This document shows positions 32,382 to 41,668 of a stretch of 64,000 nt of DNA, one piece after another. The position numbers and the translations under genes were made by a program. The stretch is from Sedimentisphaerales bacterium (GTDB lineage: Bacteria > Planctomycetota > Phycisphaerae > Sedimentisphaerales > SM23-30): NCBI GenBank assembly GCA_963663965.2, contig CAXXFK010000022.1, positions 37,622 to 101,621 of the forward strand, given 5' to 3'. The notes under the pieces are model-generated. The model worked only from the letters and a program-made list of their open reading frames with translations, was not told the DNA's origin and searched no databases. Position 1 is the first letter of the stretch. Every line of letters starts with the position of its first letter.

Positions 32382-32674
32382 ATAAAATATTATGTTATTT
32401 GTATTAAATACATAATATAAGAAACTTTCACGATGAAGATCGTGAAGGGCATGAAGTTAAGAGGAAGAATTAACAGCCGGTTTAACCGCAGGTGGACGCA
32501 GATGGACGCAGATGAAACAGCCGGGGTTTACCTTCTGGGGATGGCAGGCCGCAAGCTTAAATGAGTTTGTGGGGTTAAGATTAACGAATTGCTCGAATGT
32601 AGCAACACGAATCAATATCAAGATGGTCAAAAGGCTGGTATAATTCCTGGCAGACGTCGGCGACCTATTTCAAT

Positions 32675-33505
32675 ATGTATGACCGGCTGGGCAGCGTCCG
32701 GATTGTTTTTGACTGGAATGGCGATGTGGTCAATCAGTTTAACTACGATGTTTATGGCGAGCCTACGCAGGAATTGTTTGTTGAAAATGGTTCGCTTTAC
32801 AGCAGCTGCTATAACAGTTATCACCGGTTTGCCAATTATAAATGGGATGCCGCCATCGGTATGTACGACTGCAACGCGCGGTGGTACGATCCGGTGATGA
32901 TGCGGTTTACGGGGCGGGATCCGGTTCGGGGCGATTTTAATGAGCCGTTGAGTCTGCACCGGTATTTGTATTGTTTGAATGATTCAGTGAATGGTTTTGA
33001 TCCGGCAGGTTTAACTGCTTTGCAGATAGCGGGAGCAACGGTTGGCGCAGCAGATATATATGCAACCGGATTAACTATTGCAACAATAGGGGCGAGTATT
33101 GGCAATGATGTAGTTTTAGGTCTTGGTGCTATTATCATGCAAACAGCACCGCTGGCATTGGCAAGAGGACTGACCAATCCAGTAGACACATTGCATGATT
33201 CATTAAAAGATCTTCCGAGGCAAATACATCATTTTGCAACTAATAAACATTTATATTGGACTCCTAGAATGAATAAGATTGTAAAAAAATATGGCTTATC
33301 TCTCAATGGAAATTGGAATAAAATGGAATTGTTGCATAGGGGTCGACATCCAGGCAATTATCATTCGTGGGTATTTGAAAATATGAAGATGATAGATAAA
33401 ATTGCTTGCGGTGATGCAGATATGTTTATAGGCTTATTTAATGAGCTAGTTATTGACCCAGTAGTTTCCAATCCTATGTTATTAAGAAAGGCTGGATGGT
33501 TATAA
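32675..33505 (+). CDS. Orphan RHS core fragment with C-terminal AHH-like (HNH/EndoVII) nuclease toxin
   Basis: YDRLGSVR, ARWYDP..RFTGRDP, DPAG cleavage motif; toxin HHFATNKH...HRGRHP..YH. No upstream RHS body (in-frame stop at 32600). Confidence 0.8.
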   Translation: MYDRLGSVRIVFDWNGDVVNQFNYDVYGEPTQELFVENGSLYSSCYNSYHRFANYKWDAAIGMYDCNARWYDPVMMRFTGRDPVRGDFNEPLSLHRYLYCLNDSVNGFDPAGLTALQIAGATVGAADIYATGLTIATIGASIGNDVVLGLGAIIMQTAPLALARGLTNPVDTLHDSLKDLPRQIHHFATNKHLYWTPRMNKIVKKYGLSLNGNWNKMELLHRGRHPGNYHSWVFENMKMIDKIACGDADMFIGLFNELVIDPVVSNPMLLRKAGWL

Positions 33506-34029
33506 TGAAATTATATTGGATGACCGGATCAGGACGTCGAGGTGAAGGCGTTGGGGATGTTCCTGATTCATATGAAAAAGTCAGTGTCAACGAAATCTCA
33601 GGAGAGATTAACAACTGGAATATTCCTGAATTTACATTAGAGCAAGGTGGTTTTACTGATTTTCAAAAGGAGACCTTGGGGTATTTGTTGATTTCGGCCA
33701 AGTTGCGTGATGTGATCGATTCAGCAAAATCTGAACATGATGTCTTGCAATGGCTTGACGCGAAGGTGAGTTACCGGGGTGAAACGCGCGATTATTATGT
33801 GCTGCATTTTCCCAGTCAGGATGAGGCGGTTATTGACCGGGAGCATAGTACATTTAATCGGTTAGGAATATGGATGAAACAGTGCATATCCAAAGCCGGT
33901 TGTGAAAAATATAATATTTTTATTTTCCCAGGCAGCAGTTTGTCACTTTTTGTCAAAGAATCAGTAAAGAAAGCTATCGAGGCGGCGAGATGTACCGGTA
34001 TCGTTTTTGAAAAAAAGAATGTATATTAA
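33496..34029 (+). CDS. Immunity protein, Imm11/DUF1629-like
   Basis: Overlaps the toxin stop. LLISAKLRDVI, YYVLH, IDREHS, LFVKESVKKAIE..CTG..F. Confidence 0.7.
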   Translation: MVIMKLYWMTGSGRRGEGVGDVPDSYEKVSVNEISGEINNWNIPEFTLEQGGFTDFQKETLGYLLISAKLRDVIDSAKSEHDVLQWLDAKVSYRGETRDYYVLHFPSQDEAVIDREHSTFNRLGIWMKQCISKAGCEKYNIFIFPGSSLSLFVKESVKKAIEAARCTGIVFEKKNVY

Positions 34030-34037
34030 AACTGATA

Positions 34038-34646
34038 ATGTTTTTAAGGTATTCGAATATGATACCGTTATTAAGCGAATTAATGAGTAAAGGAACATTG
34101 TCCCTGTCATTGGCCATGTCAAGAGTAATTGAATATTGTGAATTGAATCAACCGGATGAACGCTGGAAGGTATTTCGTGACCTGAATTACGATCAAGTAG
34201 ACACCATGCAGCACTGGCTTGAACATGTGCAAGGCGAAAATCCGCCAGAAGAGCCTTTAACAGGACTTTATTTCGGATTATTCAATCCAATATATGAAGA
34301 TGAAGTAACTGCTGACATCTATATTTCTGGCAGCTATCAAGAAATTGAGGTATTTGAGGATGAAGACTGGCTGGGCGACCAGGATTATTTTCCTCAGACT
34401 GGTTATGCACATTCAAGCATTCTCAGTCAAATTTACCGACTGGCTTATCAGGAGAATGGATTAGAAAATGAGGCAGAATACCCCTTATGTCTGGCCTATG
34501 GAGTATTAGTTGTGAATCATTTATTGAAGCAGACGGACGTCACCGGTCTCTTTCACAAGAATAACAAAAGCATTTATGTGGCAGTTGGTTATGATGACGG
34601 TGATTATGTGATATTGGGTAAAATCACACCAAATGGATTGGCATAA
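34038..34646 (+). CDS. Hypothetical protein (candidate orphan immunity protein)
   Basis: Acidic 202-aa ORF directly behind the immunity gene. Confidence 0.6.
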   Translation: MFLRYSNMIPLLSELMSKGTLSLSLAMSRVIEYCELNQPDERWKVFRDLNYDQVDTMQHWLEHVQGENPPEEPLTGLYFGLFNPIYEDEVTADIYISGSYQEIEVFEDEDWLGDQDYFPQTGYAHSSILSQIYRLAYQENGLENEAEYPLCLAYGVLVVNHLLKQTDVTGLFHKNNKSIYVAVGYDDGDYVILGKITPNGLA

Positions 34647-34815
34647 GGCATAGTGGAAACTTAAAGATATAAAATGTACTGCTTATCGTTAACAACAAGT
34701 CAATTAACATACAAATGGAATTACTGAGTTTATTTAATTACAATCCATCCCTGACCCCTTAGAATTCCTCTCCAATCTCGTCCCATGATTTAAGTTACAA
34801 GAAAGAGCTGAAATT

Positions 34816-35325
34816 ATGTCAAAAATCCATGTTTTACAAGATAAGTTAAGGCAAATCATAAAGCAGAAAAATCTGTCTGAAGATGACTACAATAATGCAT
34901 TGTCGCTGTTTGATGATTACGATGATAATCATCTGCCGCCACATTTATTGGTATTGAAAGCGCATTTAATTAAATATAGTACTCTGGAAAATTATCAACT
35001 GGAAGATATTGCCAAGTATTTAAATATGGCGCTAACGGTTCAACATAATTACTGGGAAGCACTTTTAGGCCTTGCGAATTTCAATAATATTCAAAATGAG
35101 GATAAAGTTGCGCAGGAATACTTTAGGCAGGCAGTTAATGCGGTTGTTGATATAGCCGTAGAAGTCTTGCAGGATTATGGCCAGTTCCTGCTTCAGGATC
35201 CTGATCAACAGGAGCTCGCAGTGCAAGCGATGGAGGAAATAAAAGCGCGCATCTTCGGCAGCCCTGAAATTCAGCAAATATATCGTAAGGAAGAATGGTA
35301 CAATGCCATTAGTAAGGAACAATAG
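34816..35325 (+). CDS. Hypothetical helical/TPR-like protein
   Basis: 169-aa low-GC ORF with a TPR-like pattern. Confidence 0.55.
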   Translation: MSKIHVLQDKLRQIIKQKNLSEDDYNNALSLFDDYDDNHLPPHLLVLKAHLIKYSTLENYQLEDIAKYLNMALTVQHNYWEALLGLANFNNIQNEDKVAQEYFRQAVNAVVDIAVEVLQDYGQFLLQDPDQQELAVQAMEEIKARIFGSPEIQQIYRKEEWYNAISKEQ

Positions 35326-35512
35326 ATTAATCAAACTAGAGAACTATAAACGGAGAAAGTTTAAATCTGTGCAATTTACAACTCCCTTTCCATAACGACC
35401 CGTATTGGATCAAATTCGAATGGCCTTGGGGGCGATCCGGAAGGCAGATGGATTCGTCTGCCATTTTTAACCTTCGGGATTAAAAAACATACGGAGACGT
35501 CCGGCCGGTGAG

Positions 35513-35929
35513 TTGGAGGTTGGGGACAGGCTCGCCGGGTTTGATGGGCGGGGGTTGGCGGTGGAGAAGATTGAGCTTGTCTGCGGTCCGGCGGCGGTGT
35601 ATAATTTCGAGGTTGATAAGCTGCACAGTTATTATGTGGCCGGTAATCAGGTGCTGGTGCATAATAAGAGTGATGATGAAATGGGTAAATTGTTAGAGGG
35701 ATGGGAAAAAAGCTCATTTGATACTATTGGAGATAGTTTTGCGTATCATGTTAATAAACATGCCCAAAATATGGATATGTTAACTTATCTTCGCAAAGCT
35801 CACAATTTTCGGAAAAAAGAAGCTCATAAAACAATATTAGATGATGGAACCATAAGGTATAAAAGAAAAAGCGGTGAAACGCTGTGGGTTAATAAAGATG
35901 GCAAAATTGTTAGTTATGATCCAGGCTAA
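35513..35929 (+). pseudogene. Truncated pretoxin-HINT domain plus C-terminal toxin domain
   Basis: (RPAGEL)EVGDRL...VYNFEVDKLHSYYVAGNQVLVHN is the HINT C-terminal end, followed by ~85 aa with YHVNKH. The N-terminal part is missing. Confidence 0.75.
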
Positions 35930-35933
35930 ATAA

Positions 35934-36362
35934 ATGAAAAAAATTGATTGTTTAAAAGAAATTGTATCTCTTTTAGTTAAAACTGAGAGGAAATATTTTA
36001 AGAATAAAGAATTTCAGAATGAATGCCAAAAACTTAATAAAAAAGAAACAGCCGAGTTGTTCGACAATAACCACTCTTTTGATCATCATATTTTTATAGA
36101 TTGTGATTATATGCATATGCAAATTGCTGGCTGTGCTTCTTGGATTAAGTATGATGCCGAGGATATTGAGGCATTGGACGATAAAATCGAAATTTTGAAA
36201 AAGTACGCACTTTGTAATAATAAAAAGTTGCTAAGCTGGATCGACCAAGAAGGCGATAATTATCCGACGTTATCGTCGTATTACTTAATGATGGATCAAA
36301 TGCGATTGTATTTATTAGAATTGTTTTCACTATACAAAGAGGATTGCGATATTAATGAATAA
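35934..36362 (+). CDS. Probable cognate immunity protein
   Basis: Starts 4 nt after the toxin stop; low GC. Confidence 0.6.
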   Translation: MKKIDCLKEIVSLLVKTERKYFKNKEFQNECQKLNKKETAELFDNNHSFDHHIFIDCDYMHMQIAGCASWIKYDAEDIEALDDKIEILKKYALCNNKKLLSWIDQEGDNYPTLSSYYLMMDQMRLYLLELFSLYKEDCDINE

Positions 36363-36425
36363 TATGAGGAATTAAAGGGTTCAGAAGATGACAGGGTGCT
36401 GATATGGCACCAGAATAGGGTGATC

Positions 36426-37100
36426 ATGCCACGAGCTAGACGCAAAAGTTATGGCGGTTATCTTTACCATGTGCTCAACCGGGCGAATGGCCGGCTGCGT
36501 ATTTTTCGCAAGGCCGCTGATTTTGCGGCGTTTGAGGCCATACTCGGCCAGGGCCAGGAGCGGACGGGGATGCGGATCTGTGGGTATTGCCTGATGGGCA
36601 ATCACTGGCATCTTCTGTTGTGGCCGCGGCATGACGGGGAGCTGTCGGAGTATATGCGATGGGTGACGGTCACGCACACGCAGCGGTATCATGCCGCCCA
36701 CCGCAGCGCCGGTACGGGCCATATTTATCAGGGGCGATTCAAGAGCTTTCCGATTCAGGGGCAGATTTATTATGTGACGGCGATGCGATATGTCGAAGGC
36801 AATCCGTTGCGGGCCGGACTGGTGACGGATGCGGCGGATTGGCCCTGGAGCAGCTATGGCCAGCATGTGGGCGGCGCGGGCAGGGAGACCCCGATTACCC
36901 TGAGCGAGTATAGCACGCCGCTGCCGAAAAACTGGGATAGAGTGGTTCATGCTAAACTTAGCGAGAAGGATTGCGAGCGTTGTCGAAACGCGATCCGGCG
37001 GGGCTGTCCGCTGGGGGATACGGGCTGGACGGAAAAGATTGCCGCCCAATTCGAATTAGAGTCGACTCTGCGGCCCAGAGGCAGACCGAGATCGACTTAA
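36426..37100 (+). mobile_element. REP-associated tyrosine (Y1/HUH) transposase, RAYT-like
   Basis: MPRARR, YHVLNR, YCLMGNHWHLL (HUH), QGRFKS, RYVEGNPLRAGL, WPWSSY. Confidence 0.88.
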
Positions 37101-37129
37101 AAGGTTCCTGACCCTTTTACTCTTTTCAG

Positions 37130-37426
37130 ATGGAATGGTCAAGGGATGCTATTATTGAAAAAGGGTATCAGGAACTTCGGCGGAGGGGGTATCGTGCCGA
37201 TAACTGGATTTGTCAATATGATCTTGATAATATAAAATTCAAAAAACACCATGAGCAATCGAGGCAGAAATATTTTTATGAGGTGTTGGAAGACAGGGAT
37301 TATCAGGCGCTCTGGTTTAGCAGGAAGGAAATTTTCGATCCTAATTATATTGTTTTAGGAAGCCAGTTATGGATATTTCTGGATCAGTATACCGGTGAGA
37401 TTATCTGGGTTCAGTTGATGCCTTGA
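37130..37426 (+). CDS. Hypothetical protein, probably a 5'-truncated paralog of 37443..37886
   Basis: Shares I....E....GY....W...Y and I.(L/I)D...G.(I/V) patterns with the next ORF but lacks a signal peptide. Confidence 0.5.
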   Translation: MEWSRDAIIEKGYQELRRRGYRADNWICQYDLDNIKFKKHHEQSRQKYFYEVLEDRDYQALWFSRKEIFDPNYIVLGSQLWIFLDQYTGEIIWVQLMP

Positions 37427-37442
37427 ATGATGGAGAGTTTTT

Positions 37443-37886
37443 ATGAATAAGCGATATGATAGCAGGATGGTTCGCTGTACGATTTTGCTGATAGGGATAC
37501 TGGCGGGCTGTCAGAACGAAAGCGTGCGGTCCGAGGCAGAAAAGCCCGGACAAAAATTGAAGATGGGTGATTTTATTCATATTGCGAATCGAGAAATGGA
37601 AAAACAGGGGTATGATTTACAGAAATGGATTATCAATTACGGGTTTGGCAGTAAGGGTTTGAAAGTGGAAGAGTATTATGAGCGGGAATTGAAAACAAAA
37701 ATCGCTCGCGTTAATAGGCATGACTGTCAACTCATTTGTTACTTTCCAGCCCAGGGGCATCCCAAGGCCTGGTGGAAGGTTGGAGGAGAGAATTATCGTG
37801 AAGGGGTCATTCGAATCGCAATTGATCGGGAAGATGGGAAGGTCTTGTTTTTTTATCATGATCTTCCTCGAGAAAAGCAATTATGA
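37443..37886 (+). CDS. Hypothetical lipoprotein (immunity-like)
   Basis: GGAG RBS; lipobox LAGC. Confidence 0.65.
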   Translation: MNKRYDSRMVRCTILLIGILAGCQNESVRSEAEKPGQKLKMGDFIHIANREMEKQGYDLQKWIINYGFGSKGLKVEEYYERELKTKIARVNRHDCQLICYFPAQGHPKAWWKVGGENYREGVIRIAIDREDGKVLFFYHDLPREKQL

Positions 37887-38070
37887 TCTGTTCGGTCGGC
37901 GGATAGGTAAAACAGTTGATGGACAGGAGATGGAATATGGGTATAATAGGTTTAGTGTGATTGACGATTATAATTTTAATAATACTTGTATTAAGGAAGA
38001 GCGTTGATGGCCTGGGTGTCGATCTGACGGTGGCGATAGTGGATTGCGATGGGGGTGAGATAACTGAAAC
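37882..38070 (+). pseudogene. Decayed RHS/YD-repeat remnant
   Basis: YDLFGRRIGKTVDGQEMEYGYN followed by GLGVDLTVAI (compare GPGIDEP in RHS cores). Confidence 0.6.
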
Positions 38071-38307
38071 TGCAGAATGATATTAAGGTTTATTTTGAAC
38101 CGCAGATGGACACAGATAAAGAAAAGGGGGAAGTATTTAAGCATGAAGTTTTTGAAGGGGTGGAAGGGATTTGAGATTTGAATTTTGAGATCTCAGAAAA
38201 ATATGACAATCGAGTTTCGTGCGAAGCCGTGAAGTTACAAAAGTGAATATAAGAAAACCACGTGGGGGGAGTCCGGCCTGCGTGACTGGATGGGAGTCTT
38301 GAATAAT

Positions 38308-38667
38308 ATGAATAAAATAAAGATACTGATTATTATGGTTTCTATGTTGATTCAAGCTGGGTGTGCTTTCAATAGACCGGTTACGATACAGGTTACAAAT
38401 GAGGCAGGCATGCCCATAGAAAATGTCAGGGTATATGCCGATGTTCAGAGAAAAATTGGATTGATATATTCAAAATCATTAATTCATGTCGAAGGCATTA
38501 CCCAGAAAAATGGGGAAGTGACATTATTAATGCCAAGAGGTAAATATAATGGTTTTATCGTCTCTACTCATCCATCTTTCAATTATCTCAGACACAGGCC
38601 ATTCGATGATGAATGGTTTGATAATGGTTATGTAAAAGTTTTGTTTAATACGGAGGGTGTGGAATGA
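38308..38667 (+). CDS. Hypothetical lipoprotein
   Basis: MNKIKILIIMVSMLIQAGC signal/lipobox. Confidence 0.6.
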   Translation: MNKIKILIIMVSMLIQAGCAFNRPVTIQVTNEAGMPIENVRVYADVQRKIGLIYSKSLIHVEGITQKNGEVTLLMPRGKYNGFIVSTHPSFNYLRHRPFDDEWFDNGYVKVLFNTEGVE

Positions 38668-39071
38668 AAAAGTATCTCTTTATAATTACACAAAGCTTAA
38701 TGATCATTATACTTGGAGGGTGTAATATTGGCGGTTATGGTATGAAATTACCGAGTGGTGTCAATTTTAAGTTGCTAGATCAAGAAAATGGAAAGCCGAT
38801 AACCGGTGCCTTGTTTTATAGTTGGGATTATTTATATGAACCCGCGGCCGCCATGCCATTTGGAATATGTGGTATTCAAGTGCCATCGAGATTTACCTAT
38901 AAAGATGGTGAATATTATGATGTGAAGCTATTCAAGAATTCCCCGGGTGTTGTTTATATCATGGTCGGACCTGAGCATATTAAAAACCAGGAGGTCAGCA
39001 AAATTGTTCCATTTTACTCATCTGATTTTAAGGATGGAACCGTGGTGATTTATTTGACAAAAGAGGAATAG
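38664..39071 (+). CDS. Hypothetical lipoprotein
   Basis: ATGA overlap; lipobox LGGC. Confidence 0.6.
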   Translation: MKKYLFIITQSLMIIILGGCNIGGYGMKLPSGVNFKLLDQENGKPITGALFYSWDYLYEPAAAMPFGICGIQVPSRFTYKDGEYYDVKLFKNSPGVVYIMVGPEHIKNQEVSKIVPFYSSDFKDGTVVIYLTKEE

Positions 39072-39138
39072 GAATAGGAGCGTACAGACTTGATGAGCCG
39101 GGGTTTCGTGCGAAGCCGCAAAGTTGAAAAGTGAATAG

Positions 39139-39465
39139 ATGAATCTGCGAGACATTTTTGCGATTGCTGTTATGGATATAATATTATTCTCAATACTCAT
39201 CTGTTTTATTGTTAATCAGATTTTGTCATATAAATTTGGTGACTATTTGAATAAACACCATTATCATGCATGGGATAAGATGACAAAAGCGCCTGGGGGA
39301 ATGCGATGGGTATGTAATCGTTTCACTTTTTTTGATGAATTATTTAGTAATGAATACTACGGAGATCCTGAACTACAAAATAAAAAAAAGAGGTTACGGG
39401 TAACAATAGGATTACAATTTTTTTCAATAATTGCGTTTGTTGTATACCTGATATTATCTGGTTAA
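39139..39465 (+). CDS. Small two-TM protein (paralog A)
   Basis: Clear similarity to 39640..39972 (WDKMTK.P.GMRW, YGDP..QNKK.RLRV, AFVVYLILSG). Confidence 0.65.
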   Translation: MNLRDIFAIAVMDIILFSILICFIVNQILSYKFGDYLNKHHYHAWDKMTKAPGGMRWVCNRFTFFDELFSNEYYGDPELQNKKKRLRVTIGLQFFSIIAFVVYLILSG

Positions 39466-39639
39466 AGTGATGGTTTGTTATGGAATAATGGGTGCTGACT
39501 GGCTGATGTCCAAATGGTTACGGTGGCGATGGAGTCGTCAAGGGTGAATCATGACGGGGGGCGGAGGAATAATATAATTCAGTTTCACCACAGAGGTCAC
39601 AGAGGACACTGAGGAAAGGCAGAGAAAACCGCGTGAGCG

Positions 39640-39972
39640 ATGCCTGCCCTACTAGGCTTTTTTGAGATTGCTGTTATGATTATAATGTTATTATCCACGA
39701 TTCTGATAAGCGCTATTATAAGTAATATTTGGACATATAAATTTAAAGTCTATTTGCGAAAGTATCCTTATTATGTATGGGATAAAATGACTAAAGGGCC
39801 CTGGGGTATGCGATGGGAATGGAATTCTTATAGTGATTTAAATGAAATATTGAGTGATGAAAACTATGGAGATCCAGTCGTTCAGAATAAAAAAAGAAGG
39901 TTACGAGTAGCATTGGGTTTACAGTTATTTTTAATAGTTGCGTTTGTTGTTTACCTGATATTATCTGGTTAA
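39640..39972 (+). CDS. Small two-TM protein (paralog B)
   Basis: Tandem duplicate of 39139..39465; stops are 507 bp apart. Confidence 0.65.
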   Translation: MPALLGFFEIAVMIIMLLSTILISAIISNIWTYKFKVYLRKYPYYVWDKMTKGPWGMRWEWNSYSDLNEILSDENYGDPVVQNKKRRLRVALGLQLFLIVAFVVYLILSG

Positions 39973-40174
39973 AGTGATGGTATGATATGGAATAATGGGT
40001 GTTGACTGGCTGATGTCCAAGTGGTTACAGTGGTGATGGAGTCGTCAGTGGTGAATCATGACGGGGGGCGGAGGAATAATATTAATCAGTTTCACCACAG
40101 AGGACTCAGAGGAAAGGCAGAGAAAACTTTGTGGGCGATGCCTGCTCTGCGTGACTAAAGGTTGAAGAAGCAAT

Positions 40175-40501
40175 ATGATTTCAGACATGATTAACCTATT
40201 CCTGATTGCTCTATGGATTGTATTGGTCATAAGATACATATATTTATATGTAACATTCAGAAAGATGTTATATATTCAAGATAATGATAAATGGCAATAC
40301 ATGACGGAGGGTATATTTCTGACGAAGAGAGATCATTTTTATAATGGATTTCGTGAGTTTGTGGTTATTTTCGGGAATTCGAAAATGAAGAACGACGCAT
40401 TACAAAAATTGAAAATAAAATTACGTTTTTCAATTCTTTTTGTTATCTTACTTCCGATATGGGTATTCAATTGGATTTCAATGAGAGGTATGATTAATTA
40501 G
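40175..40501 (+). CDS. Small two-TM protein (distant paralog C)
   Basis: Same length and topology; W..MT and D..LQ.LK.KLR pattern. Confidence 0.55.
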   Translation: MISDMINLFLIALWIVLVIRYIYLYVTFRKMLYIQDNDKWQYMTEGIFLTKRDHFYNGFREFVVIFGNSKMKNDALQKLKIKLRFSILFVILLPIWVFNWISMRGMIN

Positions 40502-40587
40502 ATAATTTTAGTGTATTGACGGAAAAGAATAGTATGTTTAAGTTTGAAATGGCAAGAAATTTCGTGTAGCAGGCATGGAGGCTATCA

Positions 40588-41448
40588 TTGAAGTGTCATG
40601 TTATCATTAATCCTTATTCGGGCAAGGGACGGGCGGTGCGGGTCTGGGAGGAGGTGGGGCCGATATTTGCTGAGTCGGGGTGGTTGACTGAGGTTTATGT
40701 CAGCCGGACGCGGGATATTACTCCGTATTTTCGAGATTGTGAGGCGGTGATCGCGATTGGAGGCGATGGGACGGTCCATCAGGTGATCAATCAGGCCATG
40801 CGATCATCCTGTAAACTCCCGCTGGGTTTTATTCCTGCGGGGACGGGCAACGATCTGATGCGCGATCTGGGTTGCGGGGATCCGCGGGAGGCTGCCCGAC
40901 GACTGGTCGAAGGGAAGCGGCGAGCGATCGATGTGCTGGAGGTTACTACTGACAGGGAAGTTTTTTATTCGGTGTGTGTGGTCGGGTGGGGGCTGTTTGC
41001 CGCGGCTAACCAGACGGCGGAGAAACTGCGCTGGCTGAAAGGGTGGCGTTATGCCGTGGCGGCCCTGTGGCATATTCTTCTTAAGCGGGTTTATCCTGCC
41101 ACGTTGACGATTGGCGATGATGTTGAAGAGGGAGAATTCATTACCATCTTTGCCTGTAATACGATCCATACGGGCCGGGGGATGAAACTGGCTCCGCGGG
41201 CACGCATTGATGATGGGCTGATGAACCTGGTGATTATTAAAAATGACCGTCGGACCACGTTACTGAACGTATTCAAGCAGGTATTAGCCGGTCAGGAACT
41301 GGCGGGTAGTCAGGAGGACTACCGGCAAATCGCCGGTTTTGACTTGCAGACGCAGGGGCATCAGGTTCTTAATATCGATGGCGAGGTCAAAGGCACTGCC
41401 CCGTTTTCGGTGCGGGTGATGCCCGGGGCGGTGGAATTGCTGATGTGA
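40588..41448 (+). CDS. Diacylglycerol kinase family lipid kinase (YegS/DAGK-like)
   Basis: INPYSG, GGDGT, PAGTGND, NIDGE. Confidence 0.9.
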   Translation: MKCHVIINPYSGKGRAVRVWEEVGPIFAESGWLTEVYVSRTRDITPYFRDCEAVIAIGGDGTVHQVINQAMRSSCKLPLGFIPAGTGNDLMRDLGCGDPREAARRLVEGKRRAIDVLEVTTDREVFYSVCVVGWGLFAAANQTAEKLRWLKGWRYAVAALWHILLKRVYPATLTIGDDVEEGEFITIFACNTIHTGRGMKLAPRARIDDGLMNLVIIKNDRRTTLLNVFKQVLAGQELAGSQEDYRQIAGFDLQTQGHQVLNIDGEVKGTAPFSVRVMPGAVELLM

Positions 41449-41668
41449 AGGACGGGCCTGATGTAATGAATGTACAGATTATTGGTGACAATCAGATAGA
41501 AGTGTTTTATATGCTATGGAAAAAAATCAGCCATGACTTGAATTATCATTGACCATGCATGAGTGAATTTTATAAAATCGCCAGTGTAAGGCAGAACTTA
41601 TCACGATTCTTGATTGTGAATCTGAGAAATTTCAGTAATTTTTTTTACTCGACGGAATTTATTCGACC

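Noticed and set aside
36381..37049. 222-aa minus-strand ORF
   Set aside because: Antisense shadow of the RAYT gene.
31290..40151. CRISPR array or integron attC array
   Set aside because: Repeats are irregularly spaced and heterogeneous, there are no cas or intI genes, and I saw no consistent RYYYAAC...GTTRRRY ends.
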